This document shows positions 14,255 through 27,489 of a DNA stretch of 64,000 bases, in pieces. The stretch comes from Vicugna vicugna. Its lineage: Eukaryota. Made by a program: the position numbers and the translations under genes. How positions within the stretch are numbered: position 1 is the stretch's first letter; each line of letters opens with the position of its first letter. The notes under the pieces are model-generated. The model saw only the letters and a list, made by a program, of their open reading frames with translations. It did not search any database and was not told the DNA's origin. The stretch is from assembly GCA_013265495.1 (NCBI GenBank), contig PNXW01019480.1, positions 62,001 through 126,000 of the forward strand. The letters are read 5' to 3'.

Positions 14255-14408
14255 AGCCGTTTTACGTCACTATCCAGGTTCCCATCCATCTGGTGAGAAA
14301 GCCAAGGAGACGAAGTATTTAAAGAGCTTGCTAGAGATGCAAAACAAAAGAAAACAGCACTTCCGGTCACGCCATCGTCGCGTCGCGGCTTTCTTCATCG
14401 AGGTGAGT
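14255..14408 (+). promoter_or_regulatory. Putative Pol II promoter and first non-coding exon with 5' splice site
   Basis: Clearest non-repeat CpG cluster in the window. CRE-like ttacgtca 14262-14269, TATA-like tatttaaa 14316-14323, ETS cacttccgg 14358-14366, YY1-like cgccat 14370-14375, consensus donor GAG|gtgagt (intron starts 14403). Confidence 0.7.
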
Positions 14409-16759
14409 GTAAAGAAAGGGACTGGTAATTTTCACAAGTGAGTCCCCAAACACTTAAGGGACACTTTCCTCCTAGCGTTCACGTGAGATGGAAAGAATTC
14501 ATCCTCAGAGTACATTGTATGTAGGATGTTTCTGATGCTTCTGATTCCGATAGCCTCTCTCCTCTCTCTTACTCGTCAAGAGACGGCCGGCCGTCATCCC
14601 CTCTCCCTGTGACTTTCCTGGTCCTTTTATCCCTGGTTGTTCTTTACTTCTCCTCGTTGTCCCGGATCCTCTCTGATTTTTTCTGAGCCGTGATCATTTC
14701 TTCTGTCGCCGATTTCTTTCCAACCTCTTTACTCCTACCTCCCACCCCGCCCCTCTTTTAGCTTAAGAACTTTTGCAACCCCCCTTCCCCGACTCTGAAC
14801 CTACATTCTTCCTTCTTGTTCCTTCCGACCCCAGTATTTTACTACTCCTGAAGATTTCTGATCTCCCCTGTCATACTCCTGCAGAGGCCAGTGAATTATA
14901 TACTTTATAAAATCAGATGTGACTTAAATTTCAAGGGCAAGGCTGCTTTTGTTCTTTTTAAAAATTAGCAAAGGAGCAGAAATTTTAAACTCTGAGAGAC
15001 ATATGGACTTCAAATTCTTACGTCCTTGTACTTATTTTTTTTACTCTAAACGAAATTACATGTCAGATATTGCACTGGTTTCAATCTTCTATTTATGACA
15101 TTTAAACAAAATTTTGGTAGACAACTGAATCCTCAGATTTTTAGAGTGGCAAACAGAGTGGCTTTTCCCTATAACCTGGTGTCAGTTTTAGAGGGTGGAA
15201 GTTTACCATCCCTGTTAGAATTTCTCATAGAGCAGAAATGGTTGACAGGTATAATATCCATTCACAAATTTATTATTTCATATGAGTTGGGTTTATTATG
15301 TAACTCCTTTTCTAATGTCTGGTAGCAACATTGAAGAGCAAGTTGGCAGATTTTTCAGACAAAGATTTTTTTTCTAGGAGCTTTGCATGTGTTATCCATT
15401 TGGTGCAGTGTCAACTTTTTTCTTCATTTGTTGCAATGTGAAATGTATTTTTCTGCTCTATTTGCCATATATAATTTGTCTTGAGAAAATATTCGTTAAT
15501 GTTCACAATTTATTCCTTCAGTTCTTTACCCAAGAGGAGGAAATGGTTATTAAATTTATAATGAGGGTCAGGGGTTTTCATGCTCTAAAGAGGAACTGAA
15601 CCAACAGTCTCCTTGCACAAGCAACATATTCCCTCCTCCTGCTATAACTAGTGTGTTAGACTTGCCAGAATAAGAGATGATTCTTTTTTCTAGGCCAGGT
15701 ATAATTATCAGTTTTTTAACAGTGAGGCTGAGGTTTCCTGACACCAGAACACTTAGAGACTTTTTCAAAGATTGGTGCTGATGTCTCTATATTCTCAATT
15801 CAAATCGTAGTTACACAGCATTTTAAGTATCATCACACCGGCTTCAGCCCACTGTGCATGCATGCATCCATCCATTTGTTTAAGAGTTTTTTGTTGCATA
15901 GCTTATATGCCAGACAGTGTTTTAAGCACTGAGGATACAACAGTGGAAAATAAAACCCAGAGTCTTTGAAACTACAATTGAGAGACAGTAAATTAACATA
16001 TAATAGAGTGTGATGAGGGAGGGACTGTACCATTTTAAATACCATGGTCACGAAGGTCTCCCTGGTAAGACATTTGAGCAGAAACCTAAAGGAAAAGAGG
16101 GCACAAACTATACAGATACTAGTGGGAAGACAGGATATGTCTATGGCAGTGTCTCTGCATTTATTGGTCATTCGGCTTCCTACATTCCCTCCCCTCCCCT
16201 CTCCCTGCCATCACTGTTCTGCATAGCATTAATGCACCACTCTGCATACTCAAATAATCTATTCTGTCCACATAAATTCCCCATATTCTCTTTCTCCTGG
16301 CTAGCTTCTGGCTGCCATTTAGGGGAATTGTAAGTTACCAGCCCACCCAAGAAGATGTTTCTTTGTCTCCATCCTCACCTCTTCCTCAGTCTGTTTATTT
16401 GTGGTGCACTGTGTGCTATATTACAAGATCCGTGGTTTCCTCTCTCACTGCTCTTCCTCACTCTGCTCTTTCCTCTCTCACTGTGTGTCTGTAATATGTT
16501 GTCCATAAATGTTTGGTATGGTAAATTGAAGTGAATTCAGTGCTTGTCTGTAACAGACAAACTTTTAAATATAGATGGCTCCCTCCTGTTCAAAACCACC
16601 TTCTGAGGTCAGTATCATCATTGTCATTTTCCTGATAAAACCAAGATCCAGGTGTATCCTAACTTGCTAAATGGTAGTAGAGTTAAGGAGTTAAAGTCAG
16701 ATACTCAGTCCTGGCCTGGTTCTCTCTTTCTGTCTGCCTGTATTTTTGTTTGTATGTTT

Positions 16760-19700
16760 GACTTCTTTGGCTTAAAGATTTTGTTTTTGAGATTGATCCA
16801 AGTTACTGGGTGTAGTAGTAATTCCTTCATTCTTATTGCAGTGTATTTCATTGTGTGAATTTACTTCAATAGGTGGACATTCTGGTTGTTTACATTTTTG
16901 GCCTGCAAATAGTGCTGTAAACATTCTAGAACATGTGTTTTGGTGATAACATGTGCACCTTTCTGCTAGGCATATACTTAGGAGTAGAAATGCTGACTCA
17001 CAGGCTATGTATAAGATTAGCTTTAATAGATACTGCCAACCAGTTTTCCAAAGTGATTGTACTCAAAAACTCCTAACAGAAAATTTTGAGTTCTGATTGC
17101 TCTAGAATATTGCCAGTACTTGGTTATTATCTTGTCTTTTTAAGAAAAAATATGTAGCCACTCTAGTGGTTATGGATGGTATCTCGTTGTGGTTTTAATT
17201 TGCATAAGCCTGGTGACAAATGTGAATCTTATGTTTGTTGGCCTGAATATCTTTTTATGAAGTGCCTGTTCAAGTCTTTTGACCACTTTTTCTCTTAGAC
17301 TGTCCTTTTCTTATTGATTTGTAAGAGATCTTTCTATATTAAAGATGTCAATACTTTGTTGGGTCTATTTATTGCAAATCTCAGTTGCTTGCATTTTCAG
17401 TCTCTTAGTGATGTCTTTTGAGGAACTGAATACAGGCATACCTTGGAGATAATGCGAGTTTGGTTCCAGACCATCGCAATAAAATGAATATCACAATAAA
17501 GCAAGTAATATGAAGTTTTTCATTTCCCAGTGCATATAAAAGTTAATTTTATACTATACAGTAGTCTGGTAAGTGTGCAATAGCGTTGTCTAAAAAACAA
17601 CGTATGTGCCTTAAATAAAAAATACTTTATTACTGAAAAATGTTAACCATCATCTGACAACACAGGGTTGCAAGTGTACTGTGAATTTGTAAAAAATGCA
17701 ATATCTGTGAAGTGCAATAGAACAACATACGCCTGTATCTCAATTTTAACATCCTTCAATTCATCATTTTCCCCTTCATGGGTAGTGCTTGTTTGCCCTG
17801 GTTAAGAGACCTTTGCCTTTCTTAAGGTCGTGAAAATATTTTTCTATATTGTTTTATCATTTAATCTCTCATTTATATTTATGATTCATTTGAAATTGAT
17901 TTTATTGTATGTTGCCAGTATGACTTATGGGTATGGGTAAAGGCCCATTGTTCTGTTGTTGTTGTTGAAATGGGCATCCAGCTAACCCAATACCATTTAT
18001 TGAAAAGATCATCTTTTTCCGCCTATAGTGTCATCATCTTTTTCATAAATTAAATGATTTGGTTATTTCTGTAGATTTGTTTCTAGATTCTGTTCATTTT
18101 AGTTTCTCTATCCTTTTCTGAGTACCAGTGTTATAATTATGTAATTTCATAATATACCTTTATATATGGTCAGTAAGCCTTACAGTTTTGCTCTTTTTCT
18201 TCAAGAATGCTTTGATTATTCTTGGCCTTTTGAATTTCCATGTTCATTTTAGAATCAGCTTACCAATTTTCACGAAAATTGTTCTTGGCATTTTGATTGA
18301 GATACCACCAAATTCAATACCAAATTTAATAATAATTTGAAGAGCACATGGCACTTCACCCATAAATATCTCAGTGTTCATCTCCTAATATTAGGAACAT
18401 TTTTAAAAAAAAATTTAATTACCATTATCTTACTAAGAAAAATTAACAGTAATTCCCTAGTATACTAATCCATTCTCAGATTTCTTTTTTCTCAACAAAA
18501 TTTTTATAGTTGGCATTTAAAACCATCATCCAGTCTAGATTAATGTGTTTTCTATTTGTTGAGTTTTTATTGTTGTCATTTTCTATATTTTGTTGAACTT
18601 GTTACATATTTAGTACTTTTCCATTCCCTGCAGTCGTTATTTCTTCTATTTCTCAAACTGTCCTGTTTGGAAGGAGCCATTTGGAAAACCCTAACATTGG
18701 CTTCTGTATTTTTTCATTTATTACTGAAATTTTCAAATAGATTTAAAATAGAAAATAGTAAAAAAAAAAAAAGCATGAATCCATTCCCGAGCTTCAATAG
18801 TTAATACCATTTTGCCAGTTACATTTGATCTTTTCTCCTCACCCACTTTTTTCAATGGAGTATTTTAAGCAATCTCAGACATAGTGTCATGGCGCAGGTA
18901 AATAACTCACAATGAATCCCTAACTCATAGGTACATTATATAAGGAATCACTAGGCCATTATTCTTAATAAGATTAACAATAATTCCATATCATCTAATA
19001 CTCAGTCAATATTCAAATTTCCATGATTGTCTTAAAAATGTCTAGTTACAGTAGCTTTGTTAAATCCATGTCCAAACAAGGGCCATTTATTGCTACTGTT
19101 ATGTATTTCTCTTGAGTCTCTTTTCCTATAAAATCCTCTATGATATCCCCCTCCATTTTAAAGACCATTGATTTATTGGAGAAACTAAGTCACTTGTCCT
19201 GTTGACAAATGGATTTAAATGCTTGCTTCTTTGAGATGGCTTTTATTGTGTTTTCCCTTCTCTGTGTTTCCTGTTCACTGGCCTTTAAAGCTAGAGGCTT
19301 GATTAGATTCCGTTTATTTATTTTTTAAGGGAAAGACTCATTTCAGGCAGTGATAATGCACTTTCTATTGCATTTTATCAGTCTGGTTTTGTCTTTTTAA
19401 CTGATGATGAGATTGATTTGTATTTTCAGGTGATCTCAGCCTGGTCCCTCCTTGTAACACATCCTACCAGCCTTTCTCCTGTTGGTTTTAGCAGCCATCG
19501 AAGATGATTGTCTAAATTCAGTATTTCAGTAGTGGTTGGAAAATAGTGGTCTAATTCTAGCAATCGTTCTGCATTTATTAGCTGGAATTATTTTATAAAG
19601 GAGATCTTTTCCTTACTAGCTACTTTTTTTTTGTCCTGAAATATGTTTCACAAGAAGAAAGTCAAGATAGATTCTTTTTTTTTCATTTATCAATTTTCAG

Positions 19701-19800
19701 AGTAATGAGTTGGTTTCTTAGAGACTGTAATTGTTTCTTTAATATCATTAAGAATTCATGGATTTTGGTGTATTTAACGTGTCCAACATGTCCATTGTGA
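16760..19800 (-). mobile_element. Old L1 fragments (L1MB/MC/ME-like)
   Basis: Antisense L1 3'/ORF2 motifs: ctgccaaccagttttccaaagtgattgtac, ccatttattgaaaagatcatc, ttttagaatcagcttacc. Confidence 0.65.
17433..17735 (-). mobile_element. Tigger1-derived non-autonomous TcMar DNA transposon
   Basis: Ends caggcatacc...atacgcctg flanked by TA at 17431-17432 and 17736-17737; both ends match recalled Tigger1 termini with the interior deleted. Confidence 0.85.
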
Positions 19801-19804
19801 TGTA

Positions 19805-20565
19805 AAATTTTTTTCATTGAAGTATAGTTTATTTATAATACCGTGTTAATTTCAAATGTACAGCACAGTAATTCAGTTATATATTTTTTCCAGATTCTTT
19901 TCCATTATAGGTTATTACAAGATATTGAATATATTTCCCTGTGCTCTACAGTAAATCCCTATTGCTTATCTATTTTATATATAGTAGTGTGTATCTGTTC
20001 ATCCCATACTCCTAATTTATCCTTCCCTCCTCTCCCTTTCCCCTTTGGTAACCATAGATTTGTTTTTTATGTCTGTGACTCTGTTTCTGTTTTGTAGGTA
20101 AGTTCCTTTTTTTTTTTTTCAGATTTCACATATAAGTGATACCAGATAATATTTGTCTTTCTTTGTCCGATTTACTTCACTTAGTATGATATTCTCTAAA
20201 GTCCATCCATGTTGTTGCAAATGGCCGAATTTCATTCTTTTTTATGGCTAATATTCCACTGTATTTATATACCACATGTTCTTCATCCAGTCATATGTTG
20301 ATGGACAGTTAGTTTGCTCCCATGTCTTGGCTACTGTAAATAATACTGCTTTGAACATTGAGGTGCGTGTATCTTTTCGAATTAGAATTTTCTCCAAATA
20401 TATGCCCAGGAGTGGGATTGCTGGATCATGTAGTAAATCTATTTTTAGTTTTTTAAGGAATTTCCATACTGTTCTCCTTAGTGGATGCAGCAATTTACAT
20501 TCCCAGCAACAGTATAGGTGGGCTCCCTTTTCTCCACACCCTCTCCAGCATTTATTATTTGTAAT
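19805..20565 (-). mobile_element. L1 3' end, first unit of a tandem pair
   Basis: T-tract plus ttgaagtatagt; ORF 20248..20592 contains L1 ORF2p C-terminal [12 protein letters not shown]...[10 protein letters not shown]. Confidence 0.9.
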
Positions 20566-20724
20566 ACTGCAGTTTTTCTTTTTGATGCTCAAATTGTGTC
20601 ATTTTAGAAATTAAGAGTCCTTTTTGTTTGATTCCTGTGTCCTTTTCACTTGTTCTTGTTGGATCCTAACTTCCCTGCTTTCTTTTCATTTATTTATTCA
20701 ATTTTATGTGTGTGTATATATATA

Positions 20725-21470
20725 TATATTTTTTTTTTTATTGAAGTATAGTCAGTTTATAATGTTGTACCAATTTCTGGTGCACAGCATAATACTTTAG
20801 TCATACATGAACATACGTATATTCTTTTTCACCGTAAGTTACTACAAGATACTGAATATAGTTCCCTGTGCTATACAGTATAATCTTGTTGTTTATCTAT
20901 TTTATATATATTAATTAGTATCTGCAAATCTCGACCTCCCAATTTATCCCTTCCCACCCCCACCCTGGAACCATTAGTTTTTTTCCTATGTAAGTCTGTT
21001 TCTGTTTTGTAAATAAGTTTGTTTCTTAGATTCCACACATACGTGATATCATATGGTGTTTTTCTCTCTTTTTGGCTTAGTTCACTTAGAATGACAATCC
21101 CCAGGTCCATCAATGTTCCTGCAAATGGCATTATTTTATTCTTTTTTATGGCCGAGTAGTATTCCATTGCATATATATACCACAATTTCTTTATCCAGTG
21201 ATCTGTCGATGGACATTTAGGTTGTTTCCATGTCTTGGCTATTGTAAATAGTGCTGCTATGAACATTGGGGTGCAGGTGTCTTTTTAAATTAAGGTTCCC
21301 TCTGGATATATGCCCAGGAGTGGAATTGCTGGATCACATGGTAAGTCTATTTCTAGTTTTTTAGGGAATCTCCATGCTGTTTTCCATAGTGGCTGCACCA
21401 ATTTACATTCCCACCAGCAGTGTAGGAGGGTCACCTTTTCTCCATACCCTCTCCAGCATTTATTTTCTGT
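20725..21470 (-). mobile_element. Young L1 3' end, second unit of a tandem pair
   Basis: ORFs 20871..21266 (MFIAALFTIAKTWKQPKCPS) and 21285..21500 are L1 ORF2p C-terminal sequence. Confidence 0.9.
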
Positions 21471-21839
21471 AGCATTGTGATTTTTCTTTTTAGTGTTCAA
21501 ATTGTGTCATTTTAGAAATTAGAAATCTTTTTGTTTGGTTCCTGTGTCCTTTTCACATGATCTTAATAGATCCTGACTTCCCTGCTTTCTGATAAAAGAT
21601 ATTTTAGGCTCATCATGTACACTCCCTGCCCCAGCTCTAGAAACAGCCATTTTGCAAGGAATCGTGTATTCTTTCAGTAGGGATTGGTACTTAGAAACCA
21701 AGGTGTGAATGATCAGGGGATTTTTTTTTTCAGCCACACCACTTGATCTTTTTTTTTGTGCCCTTTTCTTCACTATTTTGAATATATTTGAGTGACTCCA
21801 CTGGCATTCTGTTGAAAATTTCTTTGTGCATGGCTTTTA

Positions 21840-22500
21840 TTTGTTTATGTAGTCATTCATTCAGCAAAAATGTTTGGAACACTTACTGCCATGTATATTG
21901 TCTTATGCTGAGTACAGGGGATGTGAAGGGAAACCTAACTGGTTTCCTGTCCTTGATGAAGATTCATTATAGTTGGGGTATGAGTAAATCAACAGACAAT
22001 GTATAAAGCGTATAATCAATTCTATGGTGGGCATAGGCAAGTGGGTTTGACAGCCTGGGAGCACAGAGTGGGCATCTAAAAATGCTTTGGAAGAGGGAGA
22101 TAATGCTTGATATTGGATGAGTAGAGGAGGTATGAAGTTAGAGGAGCTATGAAGGGTGTTTCAGTCAGAGGAAACTAGAAGAAGTAGAGGGATCTTGATG
22201 TGTTCAAGGAAAAGTATGTGTGTATTTGGTTATAACTGGGATGTAAGTTTTATGTAGGGGAGGAGAGAAAACTGGAGACACAGAGGGACACTGAGAGCCC
22301 CAAAGTTCAGATCAGACAACTGAAATTGCACTCTGAAGGGTATGAGACAGAAGTCCTGGAATTGTTTTAAGCAGATGAGCTTTATAATCACCCCTGTGAT
22401 CTACTGATGATGCACTGAGTGGGTGGGTGGGAGTGGCGCAACCAGAGACTGGTAAGGAGGCGAAGGGTATAGCTGTCAGGGAAAAGATAATGTCATGGTA
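21840..22500 (-). mobile_element. L2 LINE fragment
   Basis: tcattcattcagcaaaaatgtttggaacacttactg... followed by the purine-rich body typical of antisense L2. Confidence 0.55.
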
Positions 22501-22537
22501 CACTGCACCTTAGGTCTGTGTGTGGTGTGTGGGAGAG

Positions 22538-22539
<2 letters not shown>

Positions 22540-22577
<38 letters not shown>

Positions 22578-22712
22578 TACCATAGGTTATAATGTATGTT
22601 ATATATAGATAGATATAGATACATAAGGCTCTCCCACACACCACACATGTATATGTATAGAACTATATATATATATATATAAATATATATATAAAATTTA
22701 TATATATATATA
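22540..22712. repeat. (TG)n microsatellite and adjacent interrupted (TA)n tract
   Basis: Visible (TG)n at ~22540-22575 and TA-rich run at ~22664-22712. Confidence 0.95.
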
Positions 22713-22867
22713 AAATAGATCTATGCATGCACATGGATGTAGTGTGGCATGTCTATAGTTCTGTATGTGCATGTATATCCAGGGGCTGTCACATTGCCAC
22801 AGGTCTAAAGCAGAGAATATTTCATTGGAGAAACATTCTCTAAGGAAAACTAGAGTGGAAAAGGGCT

Positions 22868-23262
22868 AACAAAAACTCTCTTCTTGACCAACCTTTAATC
22901 ATACTCTTTTGTGCTCTCTTTTCAACTAAACCTCATCCTTGGCCATGGTCTTTGGCCTGCCTAGCTCAGTTTTAGAAAGAATCCTGCTAGGTCAGTTTAG
23001 CAAGAATCCCCCTACCCTTGATAGCTCAGCACTCTGGCTTGCCTTCAGCAAGAATACCCCAGCCTTGATGTCTCCTTTTAGTAATTTTCTATCCACCAAA
23101 CTCCCTCCTGCCTCCACCAAATCTGCTCCTTGGCTATAGATCCCCAGCTGTCTTTATTGTATTCAATCTTTCTCTCTTATTGCAATAGTCTTCCCACCTA
23201 TTACAATAGTCCTTAATAAAGTCTTCCTTACCATTTTAACAAGTGTCAGAATAATTCTTTAA
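22868..23262 (+). mobile_element. MER31/MER67-like ERV1 solo LTR
   Basis: cttgaccaaactttaatc...aagaatcctgctaggtcagtttagcaagaatcccc...aataaagtcttccttacc resembles recalled MER31-group consensus. Confidence 0.7.
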
Positions 23263-23804
23263 TAGGCCATACCAAAACTTGTGCTTATTGTACTCTTCCT
23301 CTTCAAAGCTCTACCAGTTGGCATGGAGGATACCAGTTGTGTATCCTTGAGTAATCTGAGAATTCCTCTTCCTCCCCTCCTTCGTGGAATTTAAGGGTAT
23401 AAGGGGGAATGAGGTGATTTTTTTCAGCTTCTCCCAGGGGTTAGAAGGTAGCTTTAACTGTTCTCTCTGGGAATGGGAATGATAATTGAAGATGCTTATC
23501 TCCTTTTCTGTGTCTGTGCCAAGTACTGTTCTATACTAGTGAACACATACTATATTCGCCTTTTCAAACTACTATCTTAAACTCCTTAAAATAGAAACTA
23601 TGAAATTTATCTACATGGGTACATAAGATGTAGACTTGAGAGGGTCCTGTTAGGGTAAGGATTTAAGGGAAACCAGGGCAGTGAGTGTGAATGGATCAAG
23701 GTTGGTGAAGGCTAAAGTACAGACGGCCAGTAATTGGTCAAAGTGTTGATGAAGTGAATGTGGACTCTTGGGTCATGAATACTGTCTGTGCATAGAGAAC
23801 AATC

Positions 23805-24066
23805 TTATGGTTACCAGAGGGGAAAGGAGGTGGGAAGGGATAAATTGGCAGTTTGAGATTTGCAAATACTAACTACTATATATAAAATAAATATACAACA
23901 AGTTTCTACTGTATAGCACAGGGAACTATATTCAATATCTTGTAGTAACCTGTAATGAAAAAGAATACAAAAACAAACATATGTATATATATGTATGACT
24001 GAAACATTATGCTGTACACCAGAAATTAACACAGCATTGCAAACTGACTATACTACAATAAAAAAT
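23805..24066 (+). mobile_element. Young L1 3' end
   Basis: ttatggttaccagaggggaaagg...tgactatactacaataaaaaa, the sense copy of the recurrent L1 tail. Confidence 0.85.
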
Positions 24067-25079
24067 AATGCAAGTTAAAAAAAATATTGTCAGTGAAAAG
24101 TAGAATAGCTAGTAAGTGGTACATGTATATTTTTAGGATGAGAGATTTGAACATGTTTGTATGTTCTGTGAGGGAGAAAAACAGGTCGTTGAAAATACCA
24201 GGGAGAAATGGGATAACTGAAGAAGCAAATATGGAAAAGAGATGGTTTAGAAAATACGTGGAAAGATGAACCATGAGGAAGAGCAAGGGCATCACTTCCC
24301 ATTCTGAAGTTAAAGAGGGTCAGAAAGTCAGAAAGTTTTTCAGGTTTTGGAGAGGCAAGAGATTGAGGGAGTTTCTTTCTTGCCCCAATATATTCTCTGT
24401 GAATAAGGTTGTAAGGGCATTCTGGAGTGTCAGAGGGGATGGTCAGGAGCCAGAGAAAAGAGGTGGAAGGTTGCAAACTTCTTTGGGGAATGAGAAGTTG
24501 ATGGGCAGTAATGAATGTCTAGCTGAGGTGGAAATAAAAGGTCTTTAGTTTTGTCTTTTTTTCCAGTTGTGTTCAGCTGCCAAGAAGTGGGAAGCCAGGA
24601 AACAAACATTGGGTTTGATTTTAGACTCGTGAATGTGGTGATGATGATTTTGGGTGGTACGAGGTTTGAGGGACTTAAGCGGGTTGTTGAGGTTACTGAT
24701 TAATTTTGTTCAGGATATAGACCATGGGATTTAGTCTCATCAGGAAAGTGTCTTCTCAGGAGGATTCTGTGGAACCCGAGAAATAGAAGCTGGGTAAATA
24801 TGTGAGTGGGTGTAGATGAAGCTATATGGAGATTCTAAAGCTCAAAAAGCAGATGTTAAAAAGGTGGAATGGCAGACAAGAAATTGTGGTTAGAGTATGA
24901 TATTGGAACTTAAGATTTCAGAGGAAAAGTAGTTCTAGATGACAAGGTTCAGTGGGTGGGTGAGTTGGAGTAGAAAAGGTCCAGGAACTGTGACTCTGGG
25001 GTGATGGACAAGTTAGCCATGGGCTCATCAAATACAGTGGGAAAGATATAGAATGGAGAGGAAGGCAAGAAAGATCCTA

Positions 25080-27232
25080 TTTTTTTTTAATTGAAGTGTA
25101 GTTGATTTACAATATTATGTTACTTTCAGGTGTACAGCATAGTGATTCAGTTATACATATATAAACAAATATATTTTTTCATTATAGGTTATTACAAGCT
25201 TCTGAATACAGTTCCCTGTGCTATACAGTAGGACCTTGTTGTTTATCTATTTTATATATAGTAGTGTGTATCTGCTAATCCCAAACTCCTAATTTATCCC
25301 TTCCCACCCCCTTTCCCTGCTGGTAACCATAAGTTTGTTTTCTATATCTGTGAATCTGTTTATGTTTTGTAAATAAATTCATTTGTGTCATTTTTTTTGG
25401 ATTCCACATATAAATGATATTATGACATTTGTCTTTCTCTGACTTACTTCACTTAGTATGATAATCTCTAGGTCCATCCATCTTGCTGCAAATGTCATTA
25501 TTTCATTCTTTTTTATGGCTTAGTAGTATTCCATTGTGTGTATATGTGTACACACACACACACATACACACAGTACATCTTTATCCATTCATCTATTGAT
25601 GGACATTTAGGTTGCTTCCATGTCTTGGCTATTGTAAATAAGGCAGCTATGAATATTGGGGTACAGTATCTTTTCAAATTAGAGTTTTCTCCAGATATAT
25701 GCCCAGGAGTGGGATTGCTGGATCATAGGATAACTCTATTTTCAGTTGTCTAAGGAACCTCCATACTGTTTTCCATAGTGGCTGCTAAAATTTCATTCCC
25801 ACCGACAGTGTAGGAGGGTCCCCTTTTCTCCACCCTCTCCAGAAGTTATCCTTTGTGGACTTCTTAACAATGGCCATCCTGACCAGTGTGAGGTGATATC
25901 TCATTGTAGTTTTGATTTGCATTTCTTTGATAATTAGCTATATTGAACATCTTTTCATGTACCTATCAGCTGTCTATGTGGAAAGATGCTATTTTTTATT
26001 GAAGTATAGTCAGTTTAAAATGTGTTAATTTCTGGTGTACAGCATAACGTTTCAGTCATACATATACATACATATATTCATTTTCATATTCTTTTTTATT
26101 ATAGGTCACGACAAGATATTGAATATAGTTTCCTGTGCTATACAGAAGAAATTTGTTTATCGATTTTATATATAGTATTTATTTAGCATCTGCAAATCTT
26201 GAATGCCCAATTTATCCCTTCCTACCCCTTTCCCCCCAGTAGCCATAAGTTTGTTTTCTATGTCTGTGAGTCTGTTTCTGTTTTGTAAATAAGTTCATTT
26301 GTGGCCTTTTTTTAAGAACACAAGATTAAGATTCCATGTATGAGTGATACCATATGGTATTTTTCTTTCTTTTTCTGGCTTACTTCACTTAGAATGATGA
26401 TCTCCAGGTCCATCCATGTTGCTACAAATGACATTGTTTTATTCTTTTTCATTGCTGAGTAGTATTACATTGTATAAATATATCACAACTTCCTTATCCA
26501 GTCATCTGTCGATGAACATTTAGATTGTTTCCATGTCTTGACTGTTGTAAATAGTGCTGCTATGAACATTGTGGTGCTTGTATCTTTTCAAATTAGAATT
26601 CCCTCTGGATATATGTCCAAGAGTTTGATTGCCAGATCACGTGGTAAGTCTATTTTTAGTTTTTTAAGGACTCTGCATACTGTTTTCAATACTGGCTGCA
26701 CCAAACTTCATTCCCACTAGCAGTGTTAGAGGGTTCCCTTTTCTCCACAACTTCTTCAGCATTTATCATTTGCGGACTTTTGAATGATGGCCATTCTGAC
26801 TGGTGTGAAGTGATACCTCATTGTAGTTTGGATTTGCATTTCTCTAGTAATTAGTGATATTGAGCAGTTTTTCATGTGTCTATTGACCATTTGTATGTCT
26901 TCATTGGAGAATTGTTTGTTTAGGTCTTCTGCCCATTTTTGGATTGAGTTGTTTGGTTTTTTCTTCTTAAGTTGTATGAGCTGTTTATATAGTCTGGAAA
27001 TGAAACCTTTGTCAGTTGCATGATTTGCAAATATTTTCTTTGATTCTGTAGGTTGTCATTTTGTTTTGCTTATGGTTTCCTTTGCTGTGCAAAAGCTGAT
27101 AGGTTTAATTAGGTCCCATTTGTTATTTCTGCTTTTATTTCAATTGCCTGTGTAGACTGCCCTAAGAGAACACTGCTAAGATTTATATCAGAGAATGTTT
27201 GCCTATGTTTTCTTCTAGGAGGTTTATAGTGT
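25080..27232 (-). mobile_element. Two consecutive L1 3' fragments (~25080-25980 and ~25991-27232)
   Basis: Each starts with a T-tract plus ttgaagt(g/a)tagt and runs into antisense ORF2; gaaagat(c/g)ctatttttt flanks the first. Confidence 0.9.
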
Positions 27233-27489
27233 AGATAGACTGTTAATTAATCAATCAATCAAGAAAGTAGGTAAAAATGTAGTGATATAGACTCTTTACT
27301 GCATAATGAGGACATATAGTTGAATTATATGTATTTTCTACCTAGTCATGTGGGTGAGATAGACATTGCAACAGGGAGTGCTATTATAGAGAGACCAGGG
27401 TGTGCTGATTCAATAGAAATATGGGGGAGGATATCTATTCCATTCTAGGAGGCTCAGAGAAGATCTCCTGGAAGGCACCATGTTAACCC

